Shown piece by piece: positions 1 to 7,508 of a DNA stretch of 32,000 nucleotides. The notes under the pieces are model-generated. The model made no database searches and was not told the origin of the DNA. It saw only the letters and a program-made list of their open reading frames with translations. The translations under genes were made by a program, and so were the position numbers. The stretch comes from Propionibacterium freudenreichii subsp. freudenreichii (GTDB lineage: Bacteria > Actinomycetota > Actinomycetes > Propionibacteriales > Propionibacteriaceae). Location of the stretch: the NCBI RefSeq assembly GCF_000940845.1, contig NZ_CP010341.1, positions 2,610,001-2,642,000 on the forward strand, written 5' to 3'. Each line of letters starts with the position of its first letter. Positions within the stretch are counted from its first letter, which is position 1.

Positions 1-1
1 T

Positions 2-160
2 TTCGATGAAGAGGAAGAAACCAGTAGTAGCCCACAGGAGTTTTCGAGGAAGCCTCACGCGTCTTTCATAGAAGACCTAGCAATCTTGAGGCACTGGATG
101 GGAAAATACTCCCAAAAACCTATTGCGCCAACAAACCTGCTGACAATGGTCTACGAGTAA
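2..160 (+). CDS. 3' end of an unidentified ORF entering from upstream of the window (partial)
   Basis: Frame 2 is open from the window edge to TAA at 158-160 (FDEEEETSSSPQEFSRKPHASFIEDLAILRHWMGKYSQKPIAPTNLLTMVYE*). The segment is visibly more A+T-rich than the rest of the window. No family recognised. Confidence 0.25.
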   Translation, partial: FDEEEETSSSPQEFSRKPHASFIEDLAILRHWMGKYSQKPIAPTNLLTMVYE

Positions 161-282
161 AGACAATCCGAAGTAGTCCCTTGCGGGAACGACGCCGTTG
201 CGCGGAACGTTATCGTCGCGCAGGGGTCAGGATGCTTCTGCTTTCGCCACCGATATAGGTGGCCGTCGTGCGGGCCGCCGGG

Positions 283-516
283 TCAGTGGCAGCAGCAGGC
301 GCCGCCGTCGTCGCAGGTCTTCACGGTGCGTCCGTCAGCGGTGACGACGACCTTCTTCTTGGGCCAGAAGTGCGACACCGCACCGAGCGCCGCGCCGGTG
401 CCGATCGCCAGCACGATGGCCGATTGCACGTCGGTTGCGAACCAGCCGATGCCGAAGACGACGATGCATGCGGCGGCGATGATCACCAGACGCTGCCAGC
501 TGGTCTGCTTGTTCAT
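283..516 (-). CDS. Small two-TM membrane protein with a Cys-rich C-terminal tail (hypothetical)
   Basis: 77-aa ORF with two hydrophobic helices (WQRLVIIAAACIVVFGIGWFA and AIVLAIGTGAALGAVSHFW). These are followed by PKKK and the tail ...KTCDDGGACCCH*. No family recognised. A GCCACC/GGTGGC hairpin (246-263) lies just downstream. Confidence 0.55.
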   Translation of the reverse strand: MNKQTSWQRLVIIAAACIVVFGIGWFATDVQSAIVLAIGTGAALGAVSHFWPKKKVVVTADGRTVKTCDDGGACCCH

Positions 517-742
517 AAGGCAACCCTAAGTTCTCGGCCGGCGAACGTCCACCCCGTCCACGCGCGAGGACCATCCAGCGGTCACTTTGGACGCATTCCC
601 AGCCGCATCTGCACGATTTCCCGACTGCCGAAGGCCTCACCCCCGGAACTGGGCCCCTAGCCAGCTGGGCAACTGAGCAGCACGCGCCGGACTCTCAACG
701 CCCCCACGCATCCCACCCGGGAAACACCGTGACCAACGACCG

Positions 743-1156
743 CTAGTTGCCCATCGGCGAAAGGCCCTGGGGCGTGTCCACGGGTGTCGCTGTCCTGTTC
801 GGAGAGGGGCGCTTGAGACTGGAGAGAATCGCCACGACGCATGCGAAGAGCCCCAGCAGTGGGATCTGCGACCAAGCGGTCATGCCTCCTCGGAGCAGCC
901 CTCCGCTGCCCCAGATGAGGAACAGCACCACGATGCAGAAGCCCTTGATCCACGACCCTGCACTTTCCGAACCAGAGGCATACCGGACAAGCAATACCAA
1001 TCCTGCACAGACAAGTAACAATGCTGCCACCAGTGCAAGGATGAGCGGCCCCGACCACGATGCCTTCATATCAACCAGGTCGGCGACGATCGACCAGAAC
1101 ATGAAAGCCATGAAGGCAATCATGAGACCACACACCCGCTTTGTCCTCGTGTCCAT
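743..1156 (-). CDS. Hypothetical four-TM membrane protein
   Basis: ORF 743..1222 trimmed to the ATG at 1156 (MDTRTKR...), which has GAGGGA about 9 nt upstream. Four clear hydrophobic helices. Codon third positions are less GC-biased than in core genes. No family recognised. Confidence 0.6.
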   Translation of the reverse strand: MDTRTKRVCGLMIAFMAFMFWSIVADLVDMKASWSGPLILALVAALLLVCAGLVLLVRYASGSESAGSWIKGFCIVVLFLIWGSGGLLRGGMTAWSQIPLLGLFACVVAILSSLKRPSPNRTATPVDTPQGLSPMGN

Positions 1157-1318
1157 AATGTTCTTTCCCTCTTCATCATCCCTTGTGGAACAGTTGTCCC
1201 CATGTCGTTGAATTACATGCACTAAACCGTGCAGTGTGCCCCAGCCGCGTCGGACAGCGCAGGGGCTGGACAGCCGGGGGTGGACCCGAAGACCCGCCCC
1301 CCGACTGTCGCGCGGCGA

Positions 1319-2206
1319 TCAGGTGAGCGAGGCCGCAGCGATCTTGTTGATCGACGCCTCGAGCTTGCCGTCGAAGTCCTCTGGGCTGTCGTCCACCGAC
1401 AGGCCCTCCGACAGGGCACGCGAGAAGCTGGCGATCAGGCCATGGTTGCGGGCCAGGCGCTCGCAGGCCTCGTCGCGGCTGAATCCGCCCGACAGCGCCA
1501 CGACGCGCAGCACCCGCGGGTCGGCGATCAGGTCGGCGTACAGATCGTCCTTCACCGGGATCGAGACCTTGAACATCACCTGCTGGCCCTCGGCCAGGCC
1601 GTCCAGGTGGCTGGCCAGCTGGTCATGCAGCACCTGCTCGCTGGCCTCGCGATCGGTGGCGGTGATGTCGGCCTCCGGCTCGAGGATCGGCACCAGGCCC
1701 TTTGCCAGGATCTGCGCGCCAAGCTCGAACTGCTGGTCGACAATCGCCTTGATTCCCTGCGCGTCGTGATGGGCGATCACCGAGCGCATCTTGGTGCCGA
1801 AGATGCCCTTGGCCACGGCACGGTCAAGCAGCTTGTCCAAGTCGGGAATCGGCTTCATGAGCTTGACGCCATGAGCTTCCTCGCCAAGGCCCTTGTCAAC
1901 CTTGAGGAACGGCACGATGCGCTTGCGCTCCCACAGGAACTGCGCGGTCGGCACGTCATCCACGGTGTTGTCCATGGTGCGCTCGAAGAGGATCGCGGCG
2001 AGGATGTGCTCCTCGGTGAACGAGGGGCTGGTGATGATGCGCGTGCGCATCTGGTGCACCAGCTTGAACATCTCGTCGTCATTGTCGTAGGCATCATCGG
2101 GGATGCCATAGGCACGCAACGCCTTCGGGGTGGAGCCGCCCGACTGGTCCAGTGCCGCGACGAATCCCCGGCCGGTGGCCATCCGGTCCTTCTGATCCTG
2201 ATTCAT
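1319..2206 (-). CDS. fda: Class I fructose-bisphosphate aldolase
   Basis: MNQDQKDRMATGRGFVAALDQSGGSTPKALRAYGI...FLKVDKGL...GTKMRS...EPE...SGGFSRDEA is colinear with the Staphylococcus-type class I aldolase Fda along its whole length. The ATG at 2206 has GGAGG 5 nt upstream, and the ATG at 2218 lies inside that RBS. Confidence 0.93.
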   Translation of the reverse strand: MNQDQKDRMATGRGFVAALDQSGGSTPKALRAYGIPDDAYDNDDEMFKLVHQMRTRIITSPSFTEEHILAAILFERTMDNTVDDVPTAQFLWERKRIVPFLKVDKGLGEEAHGVKLMKPIPDLDKLLDRAVAKGIFGTKMRSVIAHHDAQGIKAIVDQQFELGAQILAKGLVPILEPEADITATDREASEQVLHDQLASHLDGLAEGQQVMFKVSIPVKDDLYADLIADPRVLRVVALSGGFSRDEACERLARNHGLIASFSRALSEGLSVDDSPEDFDGKLEASINKIAAASLT

Positions 2207-2498
2207 GGTGACCTCCATTGGTTGCGCCGACCCCGGCGTGGGGTCGACGCCATGTATCCCTGTTGGGCACTATCCCTGGGGCATTCACCCCTGTGGGGCA
2301 TCCATTCCCCGGCGAGCACGTGTCCGCATGGGACGCATGTCCGTCGGGGTATGCATTGACGCATGTCCGTCGGGGGTAGGCCTGTGAGGGATATGCCCTT
2401 CTGATTCCGATCCTAGTAAGCAGAAGTGCCCGCGGTGGGATGCCCGAAGAACCGCCGTGATCCGTTGTGCACGTGACCAGCACGCACCCCCAGAACAG

Positions 2499-2534
2499 AG
2501 CGACTCCCCCCGCCATATGGCGGGGGGAGTCGCT
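2499..2534 (-). terminator. Perfect 36-bp palindrome, intrinsic-terminator-like hairpin after the yceI-like gene
   Basis: AGCGACTCCCCCCGCCAT/ATGGCGGGGGGAGTCGCT lies about 55 nt downstream of the stop at 2589. It separates the yceI-like gene from fda. There is no clean U-tract, which is common in high-GC actinobacteria. Confidence 0.6.
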
Positions 2535-2588
2535 TCAGTCATGCGCGCTGGTCACCTCGACCGCGCGGCACGGCGTTGCTCAGCAGGA

Positions 2589-3140
2589 TCAGGCCTTCTT
2601 GATGGCCGAAATCTCGAACTCAAGCTTGACCTTCTCGCTCACCAGCACGCCGCCGGCTTCCAGGGCGGCATTCCAGGTGAGGCCCCAGTCCTTGCGGTTG
2701 ACATCGAGGCTGCCCTCGAAGCCGATGCGATGGTTGCCGAAAGGATCGGTGGCGGCACCGGTGAACTCGAACACAATGGTGACCGGCTTGGTGACGTCCT
2801 TGATGGTCAGGTCGCCGGTGATCTCCACATGCGAGTTATCGATGAGCTTCACGGCCGTCGACTTGAAGGTGATCGTCGGGTACTTCTCGATCTCGAAGAA
2901 GTCGGCGGTGCGCAGGTGCTCGTCGCGCTGCTTGCTGCGGGTGTCGACGCTGTCGACGTTGATGGTCACCTCAACGCTGCTCGCCGACGGGTTGGCGCCG
3001 TCGAGGTGGGCCTCGCCGCTGAAATCGGTGAAACTGCCACGCACCTTGGTGATCATGGCGTGACGAGCCACGAAGCCGAGCGTGGTGTGCGATGCGTCGA
3101 TGGTGTAGTCGCCGGACAGGGACGTGAGATCGGTGCTCAT
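2589..3140 (-). CDS. YceI family (polyisoprenoid-binding) protein
   Basis: ORF 2589..3263 trimmed to the ATG at 3140, which has AGGAG 5 nt upstream. YceI-like pattern: YTIDASHTTLGFVARHAMITKVRGSF..F.G...VEVTINVDSVDTR...RDEHLRTADFFEIEKYPTITFKS...GDLTIKDVTKPV. Confidence 0.9.
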   Translation of the reverse strand: MSTDLTSLSGDYTIDASHTTLGFVARHAMITKVRGSFTDFSGEAHLDGANPSASSVEVTINVDSVDTRSKQRDEHLRTADFFEIEKYPTITFKSTAVKLIDNSHVEITGDLTIKDVTKPVTIVFEFTGAATDPFGNHRIGFEGSLDVNRKDWGLTWNAALEAGGVLVSEKVKLEFEISAIKKA

Positions 3141-3519
3141 ATGTACTCCTAGGGGTTGCTGGATTGACTGTGCCCGTTGACTGCTGGGTGCCGACCGGGC
3201 GGAGTGGCGACTGGCCGCACACTCCAAGACTGTTGAGTTTTCAACTATATCATAGCCAACCACATCCCGGCGGGTGATATTCCCGGACCGTGAGATCCAC
3301 CGGGACCAGATCCCGCGACGATTCCCGCCGGACGTCCCGTGCCGAGTCCCTCGCCGGAGTCGTCCGGCACGCTCGGAAGGGCCTGCCGCCGAACCCCCTG
3401 GAGCGCTGCGGCGAACCGTCCAGCGACCCGCCCGGGCAACCAGCGCCGATCACGCGGAAATCATTCGCCCTGAACGAACCCGGCCGATGGCACCCGCCGC
3501 CGCCGTCTAGGGTTGGATC

Positions 3520-4803
3520 ATGGAACACACAGCTGTGTTATCGGGCGAAGGCGCCAAGGCCGAGCTGCCCATCGTCGAATCAAGCGTCGGCTCAGACGGT
3601 TATGACATCCGGAACCTGCTCCGCACCACCGGCAATGTCACCTACGACATGGGCTTCGCGAATACCGCGAGCTGCCAATCGGCCATCACCTACATCGACG
3701 GTGAGAAGGGCGTCCTGCGCTACCGCGGCTACCCGATCGAGCAGCTGGCCGACAAGTCGACATTCCTGGAAACCGCCTATCTGGTGATCTATGGTGAGCT
3801 GCCCCGCCCGGCGGAGCTGGCCGACTTCGAGGAGCGCATCAAGCGCAAGACCATCATCGACGAAGGCATGCGCAAGTTCTTCGAGACCTTCCCCCGCGGC
3901 TCCCACCCCATGCCGGTGCTGGCCGCCGGCGTTCAGGCGCTGGGCACCTTCAGCACCACCAGCATCGGTGACGATCCCCAGTCAATCGAGAAGGCGACCG
4001 AACGACTGATCGCCAAGATGCCGACGCTGGCCGCCTACGGCTACAAGAATTCACGAGGCGAGCCCTTCTTGTATCCCGACAATGCCCTCAGCTACGTACA
4101 GAACTTTGAGCGGATGAGCTTCGGCTATCCCACCGAGCCCTACCATTTCGAGCCCGAGATCACCCGCGCGCTCGACGTCCTGCTGATCCTGCACGCCGAT
4201 CATGAGCAGAACTGTTCCAGCTCCACCGTGCGCCTGGTGGGCAGCTCGGGGGCCAACATCTATGCGTCGATCTCGGCCGGCATCAACGCACTGTCGGGAC
4301 CCCTGCACGGCGGCGCCAACCAGGCAGTGCTCGAGATGCTCGAGGCCATCAAGGCATCAGGCATCAGCGTCAAGGAATACGTGCAGCAGGTGAAGGATCG
4401 CAACGCCGGCATCAAGCTGATGGGCTTCGGCCACCGCATCTACAAGAACTACGACCCGCGCGCGGCCATCATCAAGCAGCACGCCGATCGGGTGCTCGCC
4501 CTCAAATCGGGGCGCCGCGACCTACTCGACATCGCCCAGGAACTGGAGCAGGCGGCGCTGGCTGACGACTACTTCACCGAGCGCAAGCTCTATCCGAACG
4601 TCGACTTCTATTCGGGCCTCATCTATGAGGCGATGGGCTTTCCCAAGGAGATGTTCACGGTGTTGTTCGCGATCGGGCGCCTGCCCGGCTGGATCGCCCA
4701 GTGGCGCGAGCAGCGTGCCGACCCGAACTCAAGGATCGGGCGTCCGCGTCAGGTGTACACCGGGGTACCCGAGCGCGACTATGTGCCCATGGACGATCGG
4801 TAG
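3520..4803 (+). CDS. gltA: Citrate synthase (type II)
   Basis: 427 aa carrying the hallmark blocks LHADHEQNCSSSTVR, GPLHGGAN, MGFGHRIYKNYDPRA and NVDFYSG. Confidence 0.95.
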   Translation: MEHTAVLSGEGAKAELPIVESSVGSDGYDIRNLLRTTGNVTYDMGFANTASCQSAITYIDGEKGVLRYRGYPIEQLADKSTFLETAYLVIYGELPRPAELADFEERIKRKTIIDEGMRKFFETFPRGSHPMPVLAAGVQALGTFSTTSIGDDPQSIEKATERLIAKMPTLAAYGYKNSRGEPFLYPDNALSYVQNFERMSFGYPTEPYHFEPEITRALDVLLILHADHEQNCSSSTVRLVGSSGANIYASISAGINALSGPLHGGANQAVLEMLEAIKASGISVKEYVQQVKDRNAGIKLMGFGHRIYKNYDPRAAIIKQHADRVLALKSGRRDLLDIAQELEQAALADDYFTERKLYPNVDFYSGLIYEAMGFPKEMFTVLFAIGRLPGWIAQWREQRADPNSRIGRPRQVYTGVPERDYVPMDDR

Positions 4804-4913
4804 ATCGTCCGGTCCCGAAAGAGTCGCACGATCGGTAGATCGTCCGGTCCTGAGAAAAATGCACGATCGCTAGATCGTCCACACCGTAGAACTGCACGAT
4901 CGCTAGATCGTCC
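4791..4913. repeat. Tandem array of 4 x ~35 bp, each unit with a palindromic 20-bp core
   Basis: Core G(G/C)ACGATCG(G/C)TAGATCGTCC starts at 4791, 4826, 4861 and 4894. Each core holds a 7-bp inverted repeat, GACGATC-N4-GATCGTC. Unit 1 encodes the last gltA codons and its TAG stop. Confidence 0.85.
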
Positions 4914-4926
4914 ATCTCGCACCTGA

Positions 4927-4960
4927 GAAGGGACGCCACCCCACCGGGCGGCGTCCCTTC
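4927..4960 (+). terminator. Terminator-like hairpin downstream of gltA
   Basis: An 11-bp perfect stem, GAAGGGACGCC (4927-4937) with GGCGTCCCTTC (4950-4960), and a 12-nt loop. Confidence 0.65.
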
Positions 4961-5042
4961 AGCTTGTGCTGGCCCACGGCCCCGGATCACCGCCCCGGAC
5001 ACCCGTCGCGCGAGCCTCGCAGGGCGATGGCAGACTGGAAAC

Positions 5043-6101
5043 ATGTTGACCGATGGTGTGAGTTATCAGCCTGATCCGAAGCGCTACGACGGCCGGATGA
5101 TCTACCGCCGGGTGGGGCATTGGGGCCTACAACTTCCCGCAATCTCGCTGGGACTGTGGAAGAACTTCGGTGACGCCCAGCCCTTCGAGACCCAACGGGC
5201 CGTGGTGCGGGCTGCCTTCGATGCCGGTGTGACGCACTTCGACCTCGCCAACAACTACGGCCCGCCCTATGGGCAGGCCGAGATCAACTTCGGCACGCTG
5301 CTGCGCACCGACCTGGCGCCCTACCGCGATGAGCTGGTGATCAGCACCAAGGCCGGCTACGACATGTGGCCCGGCCCCTACGGCCAGGGCGGCGGAAGCC
5401 GCAAGTACATTCGCGCCTCGCTCGACCAGTCGCTGGCCCGCCTGGGGCTCGACTACGTCGACATCTTCTATTCGCACCGCTTCGACCCCGAGACCCCCCT
5501 CGAGGAGACGATGATGGCGCTCGATAGGGCCGTGCGCAGCGGCAAGGCCCTGTATGCGGCCATCTCGAACTATCCGGCCGCCGAAACCGCGCAGGCAGCC
5601 CAGATCGCCCGCGAACTCGGCACTCCGCTGCTGATCCACCAGGCCCGCTATTCCATCTTCAACCGGTGGGTCGAGGGCGGCGGCGATGGCGCCGCCCGTG
5701 AATCGCTGCTCGACCGGGCCGAGGCGGAGGGCATGGGCGTGATGGCCTTCAGCCCGCTGCAGCAGGGTCTGCTCACCTCGCGCTACCTCCAGGGCGTGCC
5801 CGACGATTCACGCGCCCGCCACAGCTCCGACTTCCGCCAGAGCTGGCTCGACGAGGACACGCTCGCCCAGGTGCGGGCGCTCAACGACATCGCCGCCGCG
5901 CGCGGCCAGAGCCTGGCCCAGATGGCACTGGCATGGCTGCTGCGCGACGAGCGCGTCTCGTCGGTGGTGATCGGGGCGTCCAGCGTCAAGCAGCTCACCA
6001 ACAGCCTGGGCGCGCTCAAGAACCTGTACTTCACCGCCGAGGAGCTTGCCGCCATCGACGCACACGGCGCGCGTCCCGGCCACGAGCTGTGGAGCGACTG
6101 A
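5043..6101 (+). CDS. yghZ: Aldo-keto reductase, L-glyceraldehyde-3-phosphate reductase (YghZ/Gpr) type
   Basis: Colinear with E. coli YghZ: LPAISLGLWKNFG, THFDLANNYGPPYGQAE.NFG, ISTKAGYDMWPGPYG.GGSRKY, YVDIFYSHR, GKALY..ISNY, LLIHQ..YS..NRW, SVVIGAS. Confidence 0.93.
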   Translation: MLTDGVSYQPDPKRYDGRMIYRRVGHWGLQLPAISLGLWKNFGDAQPFETQRAVVRAAFDAGVTHFDLANNYGPPYGQAEINFGTLLRTDLAPYRDELVISTKAGYDMWPGPYGQGGGSRKYIRASLDQSLARLGLDYVDIFYSHRFDPETPLEETMMALDRAVRSGKALYAAISNYPAAETAQAAQIARELGTPLLIHQARYSIFNRWVEGGGDGAARESLLDRAEAEGMGVMAFSPLQQGLLTSRYLQGVPDDSRARHSSDFRQSWLDEDTLAQVRALNDIAAARGQSLAQMALAWLLRDERVSSVVIGASSVKQLTNSLGALKNLYFTAEELAAIDAHGARPGHELWSD

Positions 6102-6162
6102 GTTCCTTGGCCATGAGGCTCCCGGCCGCAGGACCCTGTCACCCGAACCGAAGCGCCGCCCG

Positions 6163-6885
6163 ATGACCGCCCGCAAGGCACGTGCACGAACGGCTGCCGC
6201 CCGGCGCCGGCGGCGTCCCACACCGCGCAAGGCGCAGGGTCCGGTGCGGCGCAAGCTGGGCGATTCACTGCATATGCGCTTGTGGATCAGCATTGCCGTG
6301 GGCGTGGCAGTGGGCGTCGGCACCCTGTGGATGGGGCACAGCCCCGGCTCGTTGATGCTCGGCTGGGTGGTCGCCGCCACCCTGTTCACCGTGTCCACCT
6401 GGTACTTGGTGTTCCGCATGAGCGACGATGACACCCGCGACCATGCCCAGGAGAACAATCCCAGCGCGGGCGTCTCCGACACCCTGCTGATGAGTGCCTG
6501 CATGGCCAGCATCGTGGGGCTCGCCCTGCTGATGTTCGGGGCCAAGAGCAAGGGGCAGCTGGTCCCCGACTCCATCATCGGGGTGCTGGGCATCCTGGCG
6601 TCATGGTCTGCCATCCACACGCTGTTCACGCTGCGCTACGCCTACGTCTACTTCCGCGATGGCGGCACCGGCATCAACTTCAACGGTGACGACCGCCCCT
6701 GCTACATCGACTTCGCCTACCTGGCCTTCACCATCGGCATGACCTACCAGGTGTCGGACACCAACCTGGGCACCAAGGAACTGCGACGCATTGCGCTGCA
6801 CCATGCGTTGATCTCCTATTTGTTCGGCACCGTGGTGGTCGCCTCGATGATCAACATGTTCGTGCAGGTGGCCGCCGGCGGCTGA
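6163..6885 (+). CDS. DUF1345-type integral membrane protein
   Basis: ORF 6046..6885 trimmed to the ATG at 6163, because the upstream part overlaps the AKR gene. It has a basic N-terminus and several TM helices. The conserved C-terminal pattern is HTLFTLRYAYVYF...INF......YIDFAYLAFTIGMTYQVSD, as I recall it for DUF1345. Confidence 0.72.
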   Translation: MTARKARARTAAARRRRRPTPRKAQGPVRRKLGDSLHMRLWISIAVGVAVGVGTLWMGHSPGSLMLGWVVAATLFTVSTWYLVFRMSDDDTRDHAQENNPSAGVSDTLLMSACMASIVGLALLMFGAKSKGQLVPDSIIGVLGILASWSAIHTLFTLRYAYVYFRDGGTGINFNGDDRPCYIDFAYLAFTIGMTYQVSDTNLGTKELRRIALHHALISYLFGTVVVASMINMFVQVAAGG

Positions 6886-6912
6886 GCGTATACCACAGCC
6901 TCCGGCGCCCGC

Positions 6913-7116
6913 TCAAGGTTTTTGCCCCGGACCGAAGGAACCACGGCCAGACTTCACGTCAGCCAGCATTGAGTACCCGCTGACAGCGAAAACGGCCACG
7001 AAATATACGACCATGATGATGTTGAATGGCAGTCTTCCGATGATTCCGAGTAGGTGAAGAACGAACACCACAAGACCAATAGCAGTAAACGCCAGGAGCA
7101 ACCGATTCTTGGTCAT
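6913..7116 (-). CDS. Small two-TM membrane protein (hypothetical)
   Basis: 67 aa (MTKNRLLLAFTAIGLVVFVLHLLGIIGRLPFNIIMVVYFVAVFAVSGYSML...). There is a strong RBS, GAAGGGGGGAGA, immediately upstream of the ATG. It lies in a lower-GC islet. Confidence 0.6.
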   Translation of the reverse strand: MTKNRLLLAFTAIGLVVFVLHLLGIIGRLPFNIIMVVYFVAVFAVSGYSMLADVKSGRGSFGPGQKP

Positions 7117-7444
7117 GTCTCCCCCCTTCTATTGTGCGGCGCAGTAGACGACGATCCCCGAGGTCTGGGTGAACACTATCCCTGTGCCGGCGCTGGCACA
7201 GCCCCGCAACTTCCCGACATCCCACGACAAGATTCGAATTCCGGCGTGACTGCCGATGCCTGAGTCAACGGCTTTTCGTGATGTTAACATGCGAATCGCC
7301 GATATGGACGCCATTCTCATCACCACTGAGAAGGATCCGAATCTCGCCAATCCGCCAAAGGGTTTCGGCAGGTCGAACTATGAATCGGCCTTGTGTAACC
7401 CGTCACGACGCAATGAATCCTCAATGACCTTTCTGTGGACAAAG

Positions 7445-7481
7445 AGGGGGCGTCCGTGGATCGACTCCACGGACGCCCCCT
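7445..7481 (-). terminator. Strong hairpin terminator after the MMPL gene
   Basis: A 16-bp perfect stem, AGGGGGCGTCCGTGGA with TCCACGGACGCCCCCT, and a 5-nt loop. It sits 28 nt past the stop at 7509. On the minus strand it is followed by TCTTTG. Confidence 0.7.
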
Positions 7482-7508
7482 GCATCTTCTGCAATACCGG
7501 GTTCGGCG

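Noticed and set aside
1229-2359. 376-aa ORF on the plus strand, together with similar long ORFs at 5808..6629, 10947..11825, 16617..17714, 17080..18129, 20139..21596, 24030..25322, 24118..25329, 24399..25535, 26518..28176 and 29086..30207.
   Set aside because: All lie antisense to, or out of frame with, genes that have unambiguous family motifs. Their products are Arg/Ala/Gly/Pro/His-rich low-complexity strings, typical of stop-codon-poor alternative frames in high-GC DNA.
3141-3519. ORFs 3245..3439, 3250..3528, 3274..3510 and 3290..3787 in the yceI-gltA divergent region, and the palindrome GTTGA-N4-TCAAC at 3232-3245.
   Set aside because: These ORFs are overlapping, Arg/Pro-rich and lack RBSs. 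The palindrome sits in an A+T-rich promoter-like patch and may be a regulator site, but with 5-bp arms it is too weak to call.
4791-4913. Palindromic repeats separated by short variable spacers, a superficially CRISPR-like architecture.
   Set aside because: The 'spacers' are only 13-15 nt and are themselves related between units, so this is a decaying tandem duplication. There are only four units, no cas genes and no leader. The first unit is part of gltA.
7225-7245. T-loop-like GATTCGAATTCC (and CGTTCGAATCAGG at about 31174), which might suggest tRNA genes.
   Set aside because: The flanking bases cannot form a T-stem, acceptor stem or anticodon arm. No cloverleaf is possible.
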